This document shows positions 60,440 to 64,000 of a stretch of 64,000 nucleotides of DNA, one piece after another. Each line of letters opens with the position of its first letter. The stretch's first letter is position 1. The notes under the pieces were generated by a model. The model ran no database searches and had not been told where the DNA came from. It was given only the letters and a program-made list of their open reading frames with translations. Source of the stretch: Raillietiella orientalis (taxonomy: Eukaryota); assembly GCA_036172245.1 (NCBI GenBank), contig JAYWIR010000016.1, positions 2,728,001 to 2,792,000 on the forward strand, written 5' to 3'. Position numbers and translations under genes: made by a program.

Positions 60440-63200
60440 CAGATGCCCTCACCACGGAACTTGAACTTCCAGCTAGGAGCCATTAACATGAGCTCGCTAA
60501 GACCGAGAACCATAGAAGCAGCCGGAAAAATAGGGAGGTCCAGCTGCACTTGGTGGCCAAGTCAGGAAAACGATCTCAGCTTTTACGAATGCGACGAACG
60601 TTGCTGGAACACCGGCGACAGCTGGGTGAAATGTGGCCTTAGAACAACGATCGGTCGTACCATGCGAAAGAAGCATCTTGGGTGCTGCTGAAACCTTTCA
60701 GCATTTCTGTCACGAGGATCAGTCAACTGGAGGACGAGCCGCGGAAGGCTCCGAAAGAATGGTACCTCCATTCGAGGAGGAAGAACCCGGTTCTGTGTCG
60801 ATATCGCAATGGCTGCTTTTGTGCAGCAAAGACAAACACGTTGATTACAAACTGCGAACTCTGAGGCGTCGCTAAATGCCGTCGTGTAAAGACGTCCTTC
60901 CTGCATCCGTCCCTGTGGCTGGCTGCATCTGGAATATCTGTTGATTTAAGACCTGGAGTGAACCAAACTTTGACATCAAGACGCCGCCATAAAGCAAACT
61001 GTAATTCCAGCAGCTAAATGCAACGCAAACTTTGCGAGGATGATCAGCGTCAGCAGTTATGTATGTTTCATTACGTCAAGATGAAACATACATAACTACT
61101 GACGATGATCGGCCGATCAAGAATTGTGAAAATTTCCTGCAAGACTGGATTGTTCGTCCAAGAGGAGAAAGAAGAAATTCGACGATCTTGAGCCCAGCTT
61201 CATGCACAGTTACTTTGTGGCTTACGAATGGGTTCTGCCTGATCAAAACAGACACCGTAGAACGAAGTTGAACCGCTAACTGATTCTGCGACCAACGACG
61301 GTTTACAAAATTTGGAACGGTACCCAAGGTGACGAAGTGGATTCCCACGACGTTCCGCCGTAATATATAAAGGAAACCCTTTACCTCGATGCGTATTCAG
61401 GAAGTTCTTTCTCTCGGTGAGTTGTGCGACGAATTCACGCCCAGTTCTGCCCGCATTTAAACACGTGAGATCCTCCAAAGCATCCGAAAGCGTCGTGGAA
61501 ACTTCAGATTTCCCCTTTCCACATCCGGTGACCGGTGCTGCAGCTTGCTCTGGCTGCAGCACGGATGGCGCTCATCGTCATGGTGATTCGCATTTGGTCT
61601 CGAAACCGCCGCCGCCTTCTCTCGCGGCTGCCTGCACGCAGTTCCCTTCCGTAGTTTAGGGCTTCGCACATGCACTGCGAGGAAACTGAAATCTCCCTTT
61701 TCATGGCGTCGATTTTCCTATACCTCGTTGAACCCAGGCATGTGATACTCCTCGAAGTACCACTTGATCTGAGAGATCTGCGATTGCCAGATGGTGGCTT
61801 GTCGATTTTTCCCCATTAACTACTATGGGCATTGTGCAAGATGTGAACCCTTCCGTCATACTCCACTGATCAGTATTTCCGATCCTTCCGATGTAATTTG
61901 GATCACATGAAACCGAGAAAACCTCCGGTATGTGCTTCCGCTTGCAGGAATATCCACTTGGCTTTTGAAAGTGGTCTCCTCAACATGGTCCTCACACCTA
62001 AAGGAGTTTCGAACAGCAGACCTATAGATGTATTAAAGTGCGTGGCACATTTCCAGTGCACCCATGTCCTTGTAGAGACTTCAAATCTATATGCTTGCCC
62101 AAACGTAACTCTCGTCATGGCAGCAACTTCACCGTTTCACAATTCCGCGTTCTGTGCAATATGAAAAATGGATATGCGAGCAGCGGAAGCTCGTGTTCAG
62201 AAATCCCTCTTTACCTGTGACGATTGCTGAGCTGAGACTCGATTATCATAAATGCACTCGCATCAGTGTTACCTCGACCATTTTGAAAAGGCACGTACAA
62301 CAAAACCATGAATCCAAAGAACGAACATTCGTGTCACAGCCTTCGTGGGTGGCTTACGCTACCACCTCCACGCACCTCCAAAGTTTCGAACTTTCGGTCT
62401 CGTGGAAGGCCAGATTCCCCTTCCCGCTTCTATTCTCTATCGAGGTCCGTCCGTCTTCTCGCGCAGTGTTCGGCTTTCCCCGTTCACTCAAGTTGGCAAC
62501 ATGGAGAACCACTGCACCGCTTGCTCTGTTTACCGAGTTCCAAGAAACGCCTCGATGACCTCTCCTCGTCCGCGACACAAAGAACGAAAAGACACACTCG
62601 CGGTGGCGTCTCGAACGTGCGGGTCAAGCAAATCCTTCGGGGACCTCTCTCCGGTCCGAGCGGCCACGAATGGCACAAACGGCTCCGTGGGCGACTGACG
62701 GACGCTACTCGCGAACAAAGAAAAATTCTTCGCAAACAAATGGAACTTGATGAAATAAAGTAGCCAAACAGCCAGTCGTTTCCAAGTGGACGTGTTGCAT
62801 TTTGAATGTGCCACGGCATTCAGGTCAGGTGTGTACCGTGGTGGACCACGTGGATCACAGAACTGCAGCAACGCACGAACAACCTCTTGGCATTTCGATT
62901 GCTTGAGACGGCAGGTCATGAAAAGGCTCACGACTCGCATAAGAATGCCCTCTGCAAAGTGAAGGCAGAAAGGCCAACTGTCCAAAGTGACCAGATAGTT
63001 TACAGCTGTAATAATCGGCATTGCGCATCATTTTCGTCGGATTGAAATTCGCTGAAAATGTACGATGCAGCACGAATAGTGTTTTCGAAGGGTTTGTACA
63101 CCTCTGATTGAAGCAACTCCCGGACACCGTCGTCCCTTTGGTGCCACACCTTCGACACCATTAACGCGCGCGCGGAGCGGCGGTGCCTCGACTGTTTCGA
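60440..63200 (+). mobile_element. Near full-length but heavily decayed RTE-like LINE (AP endonuclease + RT)
   Basis: APE remnants: LGAINMSSL..LVA.QE, ISVTRISQL, LLI*DL, KLCE..KHT*, QDWIV. RT remnants: MKPRKPP, PKGVSNSRPIDVL (62009), LDYHK, FPFPLLFSI, RLDDLS. C-terminal remnants: AERPTVQS and GHRRPFG. All are in canonical order, with many stops and frameshifts. Confidence 0.65.
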
Positions 63201-64000
63201 ACCTCCGGAAAACTGCTCTCCGAGATCTCTTCACTTTCGCAGCTTCCAATCTGATAATCTCCTTGGCGACCGACAACTGGCCAGAAACGCTGTGACCGTT
63301 CAAAATAAATCCCTTAACTTGGCATGGATTTGCTTATAGAGAGAAGAAAGCACTTGGGCGTGAACCGCCTGATGATGATGTTGCTACACGTGAAAGTCGT
63401 AATGTCTTGTAACGTGCGTGGACAGATCATATTCGCAGCACTCGTGATTTAAATAATTTTGTATCCTGCAACCAACGAGATTTCCTACCGGTACGAGGGG
63501 ACTTACCACGTACTTGTAAAAGAAGTGCTTACAAACCACGCTGAAAGCACACTCCCGTAATGGGGAAAACTTGAAATGGTAAGTTTCATTGGTTTACCGC
63601 ATGTGGCACTGAGCAAGGCTGATGAATGATGAAGTTTCTTGATTTGAGACGAATGATGGCATTCCATTCCTTCCTTTCCTTTTCTTTTTCCTTCTTCAAT
63701 AGTTTTGTTGATTAGAAATTTATTTAAACTTTATGGTCACTGGAATTTTTACACTCAATTCAATGGTTCTTTCCTACTGAGAAGATCATTACTTGAACAC
63801 AGAGAAAACACACACATCCCGTCGTTTTTAAAACGTTTGGCAAAGCTGCGCACTTCGATTGCAAACAGAAGAATTTCCATGATCGGAAAATGAATTGGCC
63901 GAAATTGTGCTGGTATTATCAAGGTATGCAATTCCCCCAAAACTACTTTTATTTCGAGAATTAGGAAACTCCAATGAGAGGAATTTAATATCCACAAATC

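Noticed and set aside
21900..63200. All LINE fossils oriented antisense to the FATP genes
   Set aside because: Most are on the plus strand, but minus-strand remnants exist (5915-7870, 35250-35560, 52030-52360, 55930-56500). The bias cannot be established by eye.

Overview
Eukaryotic (animal, probably invertebrate) genomic DNA. The only intact protein-coding content I can support is a head-to-tail triplet of spliced, minus-strand long-chain fatty acid transport protein / very-long-chain acyl-CoA synthetase genes (FATP, SLC27A1/4-like). Paralog A (1231-4313) has its 3' half outside the window. Paralog B (12486-19059) is complete at 614 aa. Paralog C (32582-52949) is complete at about 632 aa, with its first exon 12.4 kb from the rest. 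Homologous exons have identical or near-identical lengths (151/238/217-220/202/193 nt). The paralogs differ in N-terminal targeting segment (A and C hydrophobic anchor; B basic, presequence-like), in one intron present only in C, in a GC-AG donor in B, and in intron sizes. Much of the non-coding space appears to be tiled by very old, frameshifted non-LTR (RTE-like) retrotransposon fragments, recognised by eye from degenerate RT/endonuclease motifs. One family carries an antisense tRNA-like A/B-box module at its 3' end (three copies). Base composition runs from very GC-rich (about 2.5-21.8 kb and 26.5-36.5 kb) to very AT-rich and CpG-depleted (about 49-52.5 kb), and paralog C straddles that transition. 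Most long ORFs in the track are GC-rich or antisense artefacts. No CRISPR array, rRNA or functional tRNA was seen. All retroelement calls need HMM confirmation.
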